Assembly: GCA_035577885.1 (NCBI GenBank)
Contig: DATLUU010000748.1
Span: forward strand, 1 to 33,226
From: Verrucomicrobiia bacterium
Lineage (GTDB): Bacteria; Eisenbacteria; RBG-16-71-46
DNA: 33,226 nt
Direction of reading: 5' to 3'
The translations under genes were made by a program, and so were the position numbers. Below are positions 1-8,614 of the stretch, in pieces (position 1 is the first letter of the stretch; the number at the start of each line of letters is the position of its first letter). The notes under the pieces were generated by a model that ran no database searches, was not told where the DNA came from, and worked only from the letters and a program-made list of their open reading frames with translations.

Positions 1-1029
1 CTCCCGCCGCGCTGCGATTTCGTCAAGATCCCGACACTGGTGAAGGTCGATTCCGGGGTCTGGCGCTCCGACCGTCTCTCGCTCGGCCATAAGGAGATCC
101 TCTCCGTGCGCACGCGGCTCCTCGAGGGCCTGGTCGACAGCTTCCGGCCCGACCTCGTGCTCGTGGACCACATGCCGCACGGCATCTTCGGCGAGCTCAC
201 GTCGCCGCTCCGCATCCTCCGCCGGAGGCGCCGGCGCGCCCGCATCATGCTCGGGCTGCGCGACATCCTCGGCGCCCCGGCGGACATCTGCCGAAACTGG
301 CGGCTCGAGGGAGCCTACGAGGCCGCCGAGCAGTACTACGACGGGGTCTGCATCTACGGCTGCGCCGACGTATTCGACCTCGTGCGCGAGTACGAGTTCC
401 CCGCCGCGATCGCGGCCCGGGCCAGCTATTGCGGCTACGTGAGCCGCGAGCAGGCGCCGCCACCGCTCGAGGACGCCGACCTCCGGCGCATGTTCCCGCA
501 GCGGCACGACGGGCTCGTGTTCGTCACCGGCGGCGGCGGCGCCGACGCCAGCTTCTTCATGGACAAGTTCATCGACGCCGTGCGGTTGATGTTCCCACGC
601 GTGCCGTTCGATGCCGTGCTCTCGACCGGCCCGTTCATGCACCCCGAGCAGCACCTGTTGCTGCGCCGCAAGGCGAAAGGCCTGCCGATCCACGTCACCC
701 GGCACGGCCTGGACAACATCCGCATGCTGCGCCGCGCCGACCTCGTCATCTCGATGGCCGGCTACAACACGATCTCCGAGATCCTGCGCTACCGGAAGCG
801 CGCGATCGTCGTCCCGCGCACCGGCCCGAGCGCGGAGCAGACCATCCGCACCCGGATCATGGGGGAACGCGGGCTGTTCACGGTGGTGCTGGCGCGCGAG
901 CTCACCGCGGAGGGATTCGCGGCGCTCATCCGGCGAAAACTCGACGAGACCGTACCCGAGCACCCGGCCGGCATCCCGGACATGGACGGGGCCGCGAACG
1001 CCGCCGAGCGGCTGCTCGCGGTGAGCTGA
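1..1029 (+). CDS. Glycosyltransferase, GT-B fold (COG4671 / GT28 C-terminal-domain-like); 5' end cut by window edge
   Basis: The frame of ORF 40..1029 stays open back to nt 1 (LPPRCDFVKIPTL precedes the GTG at 40). The segments 'PDLVLVDHMPHG', 'LGLRDILG', 'VTGGGGADAS' and 'ISMAGYNTISE' resemble MurG-like/COG4671 predicted glycosyltransferases. This is recognition from memory. Confidence 0.7.
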   Translation, partial: LPPRCDFVKIPTLVKVDSGVWRSDRLSLGHKEILSVRTRLLEGLVDSFRPDLVLVDHMPHGIFGELTSPLRILRRRRRRARIMLGLRDILGAPADICRNWRLEGAYEAAEQYYDGVCIYGCADVFDLVREYEFPAAIAARASYCGYVSREQAPPPLEDADLRRMFPQRHDGLVFVTGGGGADASFFMDKFIDAVRLMFPRVPFDAVLSTGPFMHPEQHLLLRRKAKGLPIHVTRHGLDNIRMLRRADLVISMAGYNTISEILRYRKRAIVVPRTGPSAEQTIRTRIMGERGLFTVVLARELTAEGFAALIRRKLDETVPEHPAGIPDMDGAANAAERLLAVS

Positions 1030-1036
1030 GGCGCCC

Positions 1037-2329
1037 ATGAACCGGACCGCGCGCCCCGAGCCGGGCAGCCGCCGCATCGGCGTGGTGTTGAAGGGCTACC
1101 CGCGGCTCTCCGAGAGCTTCATCCTGCGGGAGATCCTCATGCTCGAAGCGCTCGGGCTCGACCTGCACATCTTCGCCCTGCGCGATCCGCGGGAGTCCAC
1201 CGTGCACGAGAGGGTGGCGCAGGTTCGAGCCCGAGTCACCTACCTGCCCGACCGTCTGCTCGGCGCCCTCGGCGCCGTGGCGGGCGCGAATGCGGCGCGG
1301 CTCGCGAGAGCGCCCCACCGCTACCTGACGGGGCTCGCCGAGGCGCTCGCGCGCAGCGCGCGCGAACGCGATGCTGCGCCGCTCAAACGTTTCCTCCAGG
1401 CCGCCGTGCTCGTGGAGCGCGGACTGCCCGGCACGGGGGTGACCCACCTCTACGCGCACTTCTGCAACGACCCCACGACCGTGGCGTACTTCGCGAGCCG
1501 GCTCTCCGGGATCCCGTTCAGCTTCAGTGCGCACGCGAAGGACATCTACACCCAGCACCCGGCCCAGCTCGCGAGCAAGGTCGCGCGCGCGAGCTTCGTC
1601 ACCACCTGCACCGCCGCGAACGCCGCGCACCTGAGGCAGCACGCGCGCGGCTCGACGCCGGTGCTGTGCTGCCTGCACGGCGTCGAGACCGACCGCTATC
1701 ACCCGGCGGGCGCTGCGCGCTCCGGCGTGCCGCACGTGCTCTCCGTGGGCCGGCTGGTGCCGAAGAAGGGTTTCCCCGTGCTGCTCGACGCGCTGGCGAC
1801 GCTGCGCGATCGCGGCGCCGGGTTCCGGTGCACGATCGTCGGCGTCGGGCCGCTCGAGAGCAGCCTGCGCGCGCAGGTCCACCGCCTCCGGCTCGACGAC
1901 CGGGTCGAGCTCAAGGGAGCGATCGCGGAGGACGCGCTCGCGGCGCTCTATCGCGAGGTGGACCTGTTCGCGCTCGCCTGCGAGGTGGAGGCGGACGGCG
2001 ACCGCGACGGCATCCCGAACGTCGTCGTGGAGGCGATGGCGAGCGGCCTGCCGGTGGTGTCGACGACCGTCTCCGGGTTGCCCGAGTGCGTGGACCACGG
2101 CGTCACCGGCCTGCTCGTTCCCGAGCGCCAGCCGCGCGCGCTCGCGGACGCGATCGGGTTGTTGCTCTCGCGTCCCGAGATGGCGCGCGCGCTTGGGCGC
2201 GCGGGCCGTGCCAAAGTCGAGCGCGAGTTCGCCGCGCACCGGAACGTGCTCCCGATCGCGGCCGCGCTCCACGAGGCCCTGGCGTTGCCGTTCACCGCCG
2301 CGGAGGTGTCGCATGCCGTGGGTGGATGA
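1037..2329 (+). CDS. Glycosyltransferase family 4 (WcaL-like GT-B)
   Basis: 430-aa ORF with an SD-like GAGG 5 nt upstream of the ATG. It has a C-terminal GT4 signature 'DGIPNVVVEAMASGLPVVSTTVSGLPECV' (E-x7-E type) and an N-terminal 'GVVLKGYPRLSESFILREI' typical of WcaL-like enzymes. Confidence 0.85.
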   Translation: MNRTARPEPGSRRIGVVLKGYPRLSESFILREILMLEALGLDLHIFALRDPRESTVHERVAQVRARVTYLPDRLLGALGAVAGANAARLARAPHRYLTGLAEALARSARERDAAPLKRFLQAAVLVERGLPGTGVTHLYAHFCNDPTTVAYFASRLSGIPFSFSAHAKDIYTQHPAQLASKVARASFVTTCTAANAAHLRQHARGSTPVLCCLHGVETDRYHPAGAARSGVPHVLSVGRLVPKKGFPVLLDALATLRDRGAGFRCTIVGVGPLESSLRAQVHRLRLDDRVELKGAIAEDALAALYREVDLFALACEVEADGDRDGIPNVVVEAMASGLPVVSTTVSGLPECVDHGVTGLLVPERQPRALADAIGLLLSRPEMARALGRAGRAKVEREFAAHRNVLPIAAALHEALALPFTAAEVSHAVGG

Positions 2330-3350
2330 GGGGCGCTACCCGGGCGAGGTCGACCGGCTCACCACGCTGCCGCTGGCGCTCGATCCCGCGCACATGGTGC
2401 CGGTGCTCGCCGAGCGTGCGGCGCCCGCGGGCTTCCACATCACGGAGCTCGAGGTCGGCATCTACCGGCGCCACGGGAACCGCTGCGTGATCCGCTATCG
2501 CGCCCGCGGCACCTCGCCGCGGGAAGGCGACGGCGAACGGCGCTGGATCGGGAAGGTGCTGCCGCCGGGCGCGGGCGCGACCCTGGACGCCAACCTGCGC
2601 GCGCTGTGGACGCACGGCTTCCACCGCGCTGCCGCCGACGGCATCGCGGTTCCCGAGCCGATCGCCTACCTACCCGAGCTGTCGATGCACCTGCAGGAGG
2701 ACGTGGGAGGTGTCTCCATCCGCAACCTGGTGAAGCGCGTCCCCGAGGCCGCGGATTTCCGCGTCGCGGCGCGGGTGCTGGCCAAGCTCCACGGCTGCGG
2801 GCTGCCACCGGGTGGCGCGCGGGGCGTGGACACGCTCATGCTCCGCTGCCATCCCCGCCATCCGTTCCTCGGGCTCGCGTTCCCCGACCTCGCCGCGACC
2901 GTGGACGACATCGTCGAGCGCGCGCGCGCGCTCGAGCGCCGCAGCCCCGTGCCCGTGACCCCGGTGCACGGCGACTTCCATCTCGGGCAGGTGCACGTGA
3001 GCGGGGAGCGCGCCTGGCTCGTGGACCTGGACGCGCTGGGCTTCGCCGACCCCGCCTCGGACCTCGGCAACGTGCTCGTGTTCCTCGAGGACAAGATGCG
3101 CCGCGAGCCCGCGCTGGCGTCGATGGTGAAGGCGTTCCGCGACGAGTACGCGGCCCGCTCGCTGCTCGACCCGTGGGCGCGCGTGCCGATGTACGAGGCG
3201 CTCACGCACCTGCGCCGCGCCTGCAAGCAGCTCCGGCTGCAGCCCGAGGGCTGGCGCGACAAGGTGCGCGCCATGGTCGAGCGCAGCCTGCGGAAGATCG
3301 CCGAGGCCGAAGCCCTGGCGGCGACGCCGGCGAACGGAGGTGGCGCGTGA
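2313..3350 (+). CDS. APH/maltokinase-fold phosphotransferase, paralog K1 (canonical HxD)
   Basis: Internal ATG at 2313 with GGAGG 6 nt upstream, overlapping the upstream stop by 17 nt. Motifs present are a beta3-Lys 'WIGKV', a hinge 'VPEPIAYLPELSMHLQEDVGG', a catalytic loop 'VHGDFHLGQV' (His codon 2967-2969, Asp 2973-2975) and a Mg-binding 'LVDLDAL'. Confidence 0.8.
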   Translation: MPWVDEGRYPGEVDRLTTLPLALDPAHMVPVLAERAAPAGFHITELEVGIYRRHGNRCVIRYRARGTSPREGDGERRWIGKVLPPGAGATLDANLRALWTHGFHRAAADGIAVPEPIAYLPELSMHLQEDVGGVSIRNLVKRVPEAADFRVAARVLAKLHGCGLPPGGARGVDTLMLRCHPRHPFLGLAFPDLAATVDDIVERARALERRSPVPVTPVHGDFHLGQVHVSGERAWLVDLDALGFADPASDLGNVLVFLEDKMRREPALASMVKAFRDEYAARSLLDPWARVPMYEALTHLRRACKQLRLQPEGWRDKVRAMVERSLRKIAEAEALAATPANGGGA

Positions 3351-3823
3351 GCGCGGCCGCGTTCGAGCTCCCGCCCGGAGGCCGCGTGCGCGCGGTCGGC
3401 ACCGTGGGCCCGGAAGGGCTGCTGGTCGCGGTCGGCATCGAGCCGCAGCCCTGGCGCCCGCGTGCGGTGGTCGAGGCCACCATCGAACGGATCGGGCACC
3501 GAGGCGCCGTGCACGTGCTCGGCGGCGCCGTGCGGGTGCGGCCGAACGTCAGGGTCACGGGTCCCGAGGGCGAGCCGCTGGCGCAGGACGCCATCGGCGC
3601 CGGCGCGCGCGTGTGGCTGGGCGGGCGCTGGTCCGAGACCTCGGGGTTCGTCGCGGACGTGATCCGTCTCCGGCCGCCGCGCGAGTTCGAGATCGTCAAG
3701 GTCGCGGGTCCGGCGCGGGGCTACGACGCCGCGCGCGGACGCGTCGAGATCGCCGGGTTCACCGTGGTGATGAACGGCCGCACCATGCTGGGAACGGGCG
3801 AGGATACGGAGGACGACGAATGA
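3347..3823 (+). CDS. Small beta-rich hypothetical protein (DUF5666-like pattern) with acidic C-terminal tail
   Basis: GTG at 3347 overlaps the K1 stop (GTGA), and its stop overlaps the K2 start (ATGA). The product is 158 aa with no signal peptide. It has repeated 'G.V.V.G..V.V' beta-strand patterns (AVHVLGGAVRVRPNVRVTG; RVEIAGFTVVMNGRT) and a terminal 'GTGEDTEDDE'. Tight coupling on both sides supports it being real. Confidence 0.55.
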   Translation: MSAAAFELPPGGRVRAVGTVGPEGLLVAVGIEPQPWRPRAVVEATIERIGHRGAVHVLGGAVRVRPNVRVTGPEGEPLAQDAIGAGARVWLGGRWSETSGFVADVIRLRPPREFEIVKVAGPARGYDAARGRVEIAGFTVVMNGRTMLGTGEDTEDDE

Positions 3824-4809
3824 TCGATTCCAAGCTCGTGACGCTGGGCCTGGTGGTCGATGACGACGCGATGCGCGAGCGCTTCGCGGCCACGCTCAAC
3901 TCCGGCCGGCCCCCGGCCGCGGGCGTGCGCCATGCCGTGCTCAAGCACACGCCGGGCAAGCGCTGCGTCATCGAGTACTGGATCGACCTGCCGGGCGCCG
4001 ACGAGGAGCGGATCATCGGCAAGGTCTATCGCGGCCAGCGCGGCGCGCGCGTGTACCAGTCGCTCCGCAGCCTGCACGCCGCGGCCACCGAGGGTGCGCG
4101 CAACGGAACGCGATTCCACATGGCGGAGCCGCTCGCCTACTACGACGACCTGGGCATGCTCGTCCAGACCGCGGTGCCGGGCCTGTCCCTGTCGCACCTC
4201 GGATCCGACGGCGACTGGGCGGGCGCCATGCGCGCGGTCGCCGACAACCTCGCCGCGCTGCACGACCTCGCGGTCGACGTCGAGCCCGCGACGGTGGCCG
4301 AGCTCGCGCACAAGCTCTGCCGCCCGCGGCCGGACGAGCTGGTGGCGCTGCGTCCGGAGCTTGCCGCCGAGGTGGAGAATATCGTCCAGGCGCTGGCGCT
4401 CGTGGACGCGGCCGGGCCCGGCAACTGCGTCGTCCATGCCGACCTGGGGCTGGGCCAGATCCTGTTCGACGGCGAGCGCGCGTCGTTCGTCGACCTGGAC
4501 GGCCTGCGTCGCTCGTACGCGGCGCTCGACGTCGCGAACTTCCTCGTCTCGCTGCGGCTCCGGCTCGGGCCGATGAGCCCCGAGCCCGAGCGCGTGTTCA
4601 CCGAGCGCTACATCGAGCGCCGGCCGGGAGAGCCGCTCGCCTGGCTCGACGCGTTCGAAGCGCTCGCCTACCTGCGCCGCGCCGCCGCCGCGTTCCGCAA
4701 GTCGTCGGATGCCGACGGCTTCGAGCGCGCGAAGCGCCTGCTCGCGATCGGGAACTGGATCGCGCGCACCGCGATGGAAGCCGACCCGCGCCGGGAGGTC
4801 GGCCCATGA
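3820..4809 (+). CDS. APH/maltokinase-fold phosphotransferase, paralog K2 (canonical HxD)
   Basis: ATG at 3820 within the long ORF 3340..4809. Motifs are 'RIIGKVYRG', a hinge 'MAEPLAYYDDLGMLVQTAVPG', 'VVHADLGLGQIL' (His 4435-4437, Asp 4441-4443) and 'FVDLDGL'. Confidence 0.8.
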   Translation: MIDSKLVTLGLVVDDDAMRERFAATLNSGRPPAAGVRHAVLKHTPGKRCVIEYWIDLPGADEERIIGKVYRGQRGARVYQSLRSLHAAATEGARNGTRFHMAEPLAYYDDLGMLVQTAVPGLSLSHLGSDGDWAGAMRAVADNLAALHDLAVDVEPATVAELAHKLCRPRPDELVALRPELAAEVENIVQALALVDAAGPGNCVVHADLGLGQILFDGERASFVDLDGLRRSYAALDVANFLVSLRLRLGPMSPEPERVFTERYIERRPGEPLAWLDAFEALAYLRRAAAAFRKSSDADGFERAKRLLAIGNWIARTAMEADPRREVGP

Positions 4810-6776
4810 AGCGGCTGTCGCGCTCGGTGGGCCGGCGGCAGGGGAGCCGCGTCGAGGAGCCGGCGGGGAACTGGAACGCGCGCGCGGTCCTGCGCGTCTA
4901 CCGCGCGTTCGCCCGCCACTACCGCCCCTACCGCGGCCGTCTCGCGGTGGCGATGCTGTGCCTGCTCGGTTCGATCACGTGCTCCGCGCTCGCGCCGTGG
5001 CCGCTCAAGCTGATCCTCGACCGCGTCATCCTCGGCAAGCCGTTCAAGCACGGGTTCGAGTTCTTGAATCCCATGCTCGCGCACGACGCGGGCCTGCTGC
5101 TGGCGCTGCTCGCGGCCTCGGTGGTGGTGCTCGCGGCGCTCGAGGCGATGTTCTCGTACGTGAACAAGTACTGGGCGTCCGGGACCGGCGACCGCATGTC
5201 GGCCGACATCCGCGAGCGCGTGTTCGCCCACCTCCAGCGCCTGTCGCTGTCGCTCGACGAGTCGCTCCAGTCCGGCGAGTTGATCTATCTCGTCACCACC
5301 GACACGCGGGCGATGAAGAACCTGCTCATCGACTTCCCGCAGGACTTCCTGCAGCGGCTGCTCACGATCGCCGTGTACTCGGCGATGATGCTGGCGCTCG
5401 ACTGGCGGCTCGGCCTGCTGGCGCTGTGCACGGCGCCGCTCGTCAGCCTCCTCACCCAGCGCTTCGGCCCCGGCATGCAGCGCGCCACGCGCGCCATGCG
5501 CGAGCAGGAGTCCGAGCTCGCCTCGATCGCGTCCGAGAACGTGTCGTCGATGGCGGTGATCCAGGCCTACGGGCAGGAGGGGAACGAGCGCGCACGCTTC
5601 GACGCCGAGAACCAGGGCAGCCTCGAGTCGCAGATGCAGGCGCTGCGGCTCCACCGGCTCTACGGGCGGCTCGTCGACCTGCTCGTGGCCTCGGCCACGA
5701 CCGCCGTGCTCTATTTCGGCGGCCGCTACGCGCTGCGCGGCGACATCGCGCCGGGCACGTTGGTGGTGTTCGTCGCCTACCTGCGCGAGATCCACGCCGC
5801 ATTCGAGAAATTCAGCCTGCTGTTCATGGGGCTCGCGCGCTCCATGGTGTCCGGGGAGCGCCTCATGGCGCTCGTCGGCCGCGACATCGTGGTGAAGGAC
5901 GAACCCGGGGCGGTGCCCGCCCCGCCCCTCCGCGGCGCCATCGAGTTCCGGAACGTGAGCTTCAGCTACCGCGAGGGCGTGGACGTGCTGCTCGACGTCA
6001 GCTTCACGATCGCGCCCGGGCAGACGGTGGCGCTCGCCGGTCCGAGCGGGGCGGGGAAGTCCACGCTGCTCGGCCTGCTGCTCCGCTTCCACGACCCCGA
6101 GCGGGGCCAGGTGCTGGTGGACGGCGTGGACGTGCGCCGCTACACGCTCGCGAGCCTGCGCGAGCAGGTCACGGTGCTGCTCCAGGACGCGAAGCTGTTC
6201 CGGCAATCGGTGGCCGACAACATCGCGTTCGGGCGGAAGGGCGCCACGTTCGCGGACATCGAGCGCGCGGCGCGCGACGCCGAGGCGCACGACTTCATCC
6301 TCTCGCTGCCGCAGGGCTACGACACGGTCATGGCCGAGCGCGGCGACGACTTCTCGGGCGGCCAGCGCCAGCGCATCAACATCGCGCGGGCGATGATCCG
6401 CAGCACGCCCATCGTCATCCTCGACGAGCCGCTCGCGGGACTCGACGCGCTCGCGGAGCGCCGGCTGCGCTCGGCGCTGCGCCGGCTCGCCGCCGGCCGC
6501 ACCACGTTCATCGTCGCGCACAAGATCTCGTCGCTCGCGAGCGCCGACGTGGTGCTGGTGCTCGAGTCCGGGCGGCTGATCGGGCGCGGCACGCACGCGG
6601 AGCTGCTGGAGAGCTGCGCCACCTACCGCGAGTTCTACGAGCTCCAGCGCATGCCGCCGCGCGCCCGGGTGCCGCTCGTGGCGACCCCCGCAGGGCCCCA
6701 CCGGAACGGCTCCACGAACGGCGCCACGAAAGGCTCCACGAACGGCGCCTCGGGGCACGAGGGAGGCGAGCGGTGA
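4806..6776 (+). CDS. ABC transporter, fused permease/ATPase half-transporter (type I exporter, MsbA-like)
   Basis: 656 aa with six predicted N-terminal TM helices. It has Walker A 'GPSGAGKST', signature 'FSGGQRQRINIARA', Walker B 'IVILDEP' and H-loop 'FIVAHK'. There is no N-terminal C39 peptidase domain. The ATG overlaps the K2 stop (ATGA). Confidence 0.9.
   Translation: MKRLSRSVGRRQGSRVEEPAGNWNARAVLRVYRAFARHYRPYRGRLAVAMLCLLGSITCSALAPWPLKLILDRVILGKPFKHGFEFLNPMLAHDAGLLLALLAASVVVLAALEAMFSYVNKYWASGTGDRMSADIRERVFAHLQRLSLSLDESLQSGELIYLVTTDTRAMKNLLIDFPQDFLQRLLTIAVYSAMMLALDWRLGLLALCTAPLVSLLTQRFGPGMQRATRAMREQESELASIASENVSSMAVIQAYGQEGNERARFDAENQGSLESQMQALRLHRLYGRLVDLLVASATTAVLYFGGRYALRGDIAPGTLVVFVAYLREIHAAFEKFSLLFMGLARSMVSGERLMALVGRDIVVKDEPGAVPAPPLRGAIEFRNVSFSYREGVDVLLDVSFTIAPGQTVALAGPSGAGKSTLLGLLLRFHDPERGQVLVDGVDVRRYTLASLREQVTVLLQDAKLFRQSVADNIAFGRKGATFADIERAARDAEAHDFILSLPQGYDTVMAERGDDFSGGQRQRINIARAMIRSTPIVILDEPLAGLDALAERRLRSALRRLAAGRTTFIVAHKISSLASADVVLVLESGRLIGRGTHAELLESCATYREFYELQRMPPRARVPLVATPAGPHRNGSTNGATKGSTNGASGHEGGER
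6708..6749 (+). repeat. Tandem 24-nt duplication in the C-terminal tail of the first ABC exporter
   Basis: GGCTCCACGAACGGCGCC occurs at 6708-6725 and again at 6732-6749, separated by ACGAAA. This encodes NGSTNGAT/KGSTNGAS. Confidence 0.8.
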
Positions 6777-8614
6777 GCGCGAAGGCGGCGAAGCGTGCGC
6801 CCGAGCGGCTCGACCAGCGGCGCCTGCTCCGGCTCTACCGCGCGTTCGCACCCCTCTACCGGCCGCACACGCGCGCGCTGGCGTGGTCGTTCACCGGGCT
6901 CGGACTGTCCACGATCACCACGCTGCTGCTGCCGTGGCCGCTCAAGATGGTCCTCGACCACGTCGTGCTCCACCGGGCGCTGCCAGCACCGCTGGGCTGG
7001 CTCTCGCGCTGGGCGGACGGCGATCCGCTGACGCTGCTGCTCGTGCTCTCGGCCGGCTACCTCGGCCTGCGCCTGCTCGACAGCCTGTTCACGTACGTCC
7101 ACCGCGTCGGGTTGATGGTCGTGGCGCAGAAGCTGGCCACCGAGATCCGCGAGCGGCTGTTCGCCAAGCTCCAGCGGCTGTCGCTGTCGTTCCACGGCGG
7201 GACGCGGGCCGGCGACCTCGTGCTCCGGCTGCTCTCGGACGTGAGCGACATCAAGATCGTCCTCATCGAGGTGCCGCAGACCGCCGCGCTCCAGGCGGGG
7301 CTGCTCGTCACGCACGCCACGCTCATGTTCCTCCTCGACTGGAGGCTGGCGCTGATCGCCTTCGCCGCGGTCCCGCCCATGGTGCTCTACAACCGCCGCG
7401 TCGGCGGCAACATCCAGGCCGCGGCCAAGGAGCGGCGCAGCAAGGAGGGCGAGGTCGCGTCCCTCGTCTCCGAGAACGTGACCGCGATGGCGCTCGTCCA
7501 GGCGTATGGCCGGGAGGACCTGCTGCACCAGCGCTTCCAGAGCGAGAACCGCGCCAGCCTCGCCTCGGGGCTCAAGGCGATGAAGCTCTCCAAGTCGTTC
7601 AAGCGCGTGAGCGACCTGCTGGTCGCCACCGGCACCGGCGCGGTGCTGTGGCTGGGAGGGCGTCTCGCGCTCCGGCACGAGCTGTCCCCGGGCACGATCG
7701 TGCTGTTCGTCGCCTACCTCCGCAACCTCTACAACCCGATCGACAAGATCTCGCAGACCATCCTCGATGCCGCCGGCGCCACGGCCTCCGGCGAGCGCCT
7801 GCTGGAAGTGCTCGAGTCCGAGATGGTGCTGCCGGAGGGCGAGGGCGCGGTCGAGGCGCCGCCGCTCGAGGGCCGGGTCGAGTTCGACGGCGTGACGTTC
7901 GGCTACCGGAGCGGCGAGCCCGTGCTGCGCGACGTGCGCTTCGCGGTCGAGCCGGGCGAGACCATCGCCGTGATCGGCCACAACGGCGCCGGCAAGTCGA
8001 CGCTCCTGTCGCTGCTGCTGCGCTTCTACGATCCGCAGTCCGGTGACATCCGCATCGACGGCCGCGACCTGCGCGACCTCAAGATCGACTCGATGCGCCG
8101 CCAGATCGCGGTGGTGATGCAGGAGTCGCGGCTGTTCCAGAAGTCCGTGCGCGAGAACATCCGCTTCGGCAAGCTGGGCGCCACCGACGCCGAGGTCGAG
8201 CGTGCGGCGCGGCTCGCGCAGGCGCACGAGTTCATCATCGCCATGCCCCAGGGCTACGACACGCTGATCCGCGAGGGCGGCGAGAGCCTGTCGGGCGGCG
8301 AGCGCCAGCGCATCAACATCGCCCGCGCGATCGTGCGCGAGGCGCGCCTGGTGATCCTCGACGAGCCCTCGACCGCGCTCGACGCGCGCACCGAGGCGGC
8401 GGTGCGGAGCGCCATGCGCGAGCTGACGCGCGGCCGGACCACGTTCCTGGTCGCCCACTCCGCCGCCACCTGGCGCGAGGCCGACCGCATCCTGCTGCTC
8501 GAGCAGGGCCGGGTTGCGGGCTTTGGCACGCACGAAGAGCTGGAGCGGACGTGCGCCGCCTACCGCGAGCTGATCGGTGCGCACGCCGACGACGTGCGCG
8601 AGGTGCGGGCATGA
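6773..8614 (+). CDS. ABC transporter, fused permease/ATPase half-transporter (probable heterodimer partner)
   Basis: GTG at 6773 overlaps the upstream stop (GTGA). It has an N-terminal TM domain, Walker A 'GHNGAGKST', signature 'LSGGERQRINIARA', Walker B 'LVILDEP' and H-loop 'FLVAHS'. Confidence 0.9.
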   Translation: MSAKAAKRAPERLDQRRLLRLYRAFAPLYRPHTRALAWSFTGLGLSTITTLLLPWPLKMVLDHVVLHRALPAPLGWLSRWADGDPLTLLLVLSAGYLGLRLLDSLFTYVHRVGLMVVAQKLATEIRERLFAKLQRLSLSFHGGTRAGDLVLRLLSDVSDIKIVLIEVPQTAALQAGLLVTHATLMFLLDWRLALIAFAAVPPMVLYNRRVGGNIQAAAKERRSKEGEVASLVSENVTAMALVQAYGREDLLHQRFQSENRASLASGLKAMKLSKSFKRVSDLLVATGTGAVLWLGGRLALRHELSPGTIVLFVAYLRNLYNPIDKISQTILDAAGATASGERLLEVLESEMVLPEGEGAVEAPPLEGRVEFDGVTFGYRSGEPVLRDVRFAVEPGETIAVIGHNGAGKSTLLSLLLRFYDPQSGDIRIDGRDLRDLKIDSMRRQIAVVMQESRLFQKSVRENIRFGKLGATDAEVERAARLAQAHEFIIAMPQGYDTLIREGGESLSGGERQRINIARAIVREARLVILDEPSTALDARTEAAVRSAMRELTRGRTTFLVAHSAATWREADRILLLEQGRVAGFGTHEELERTCAAYRELIGAHADDVREVRA

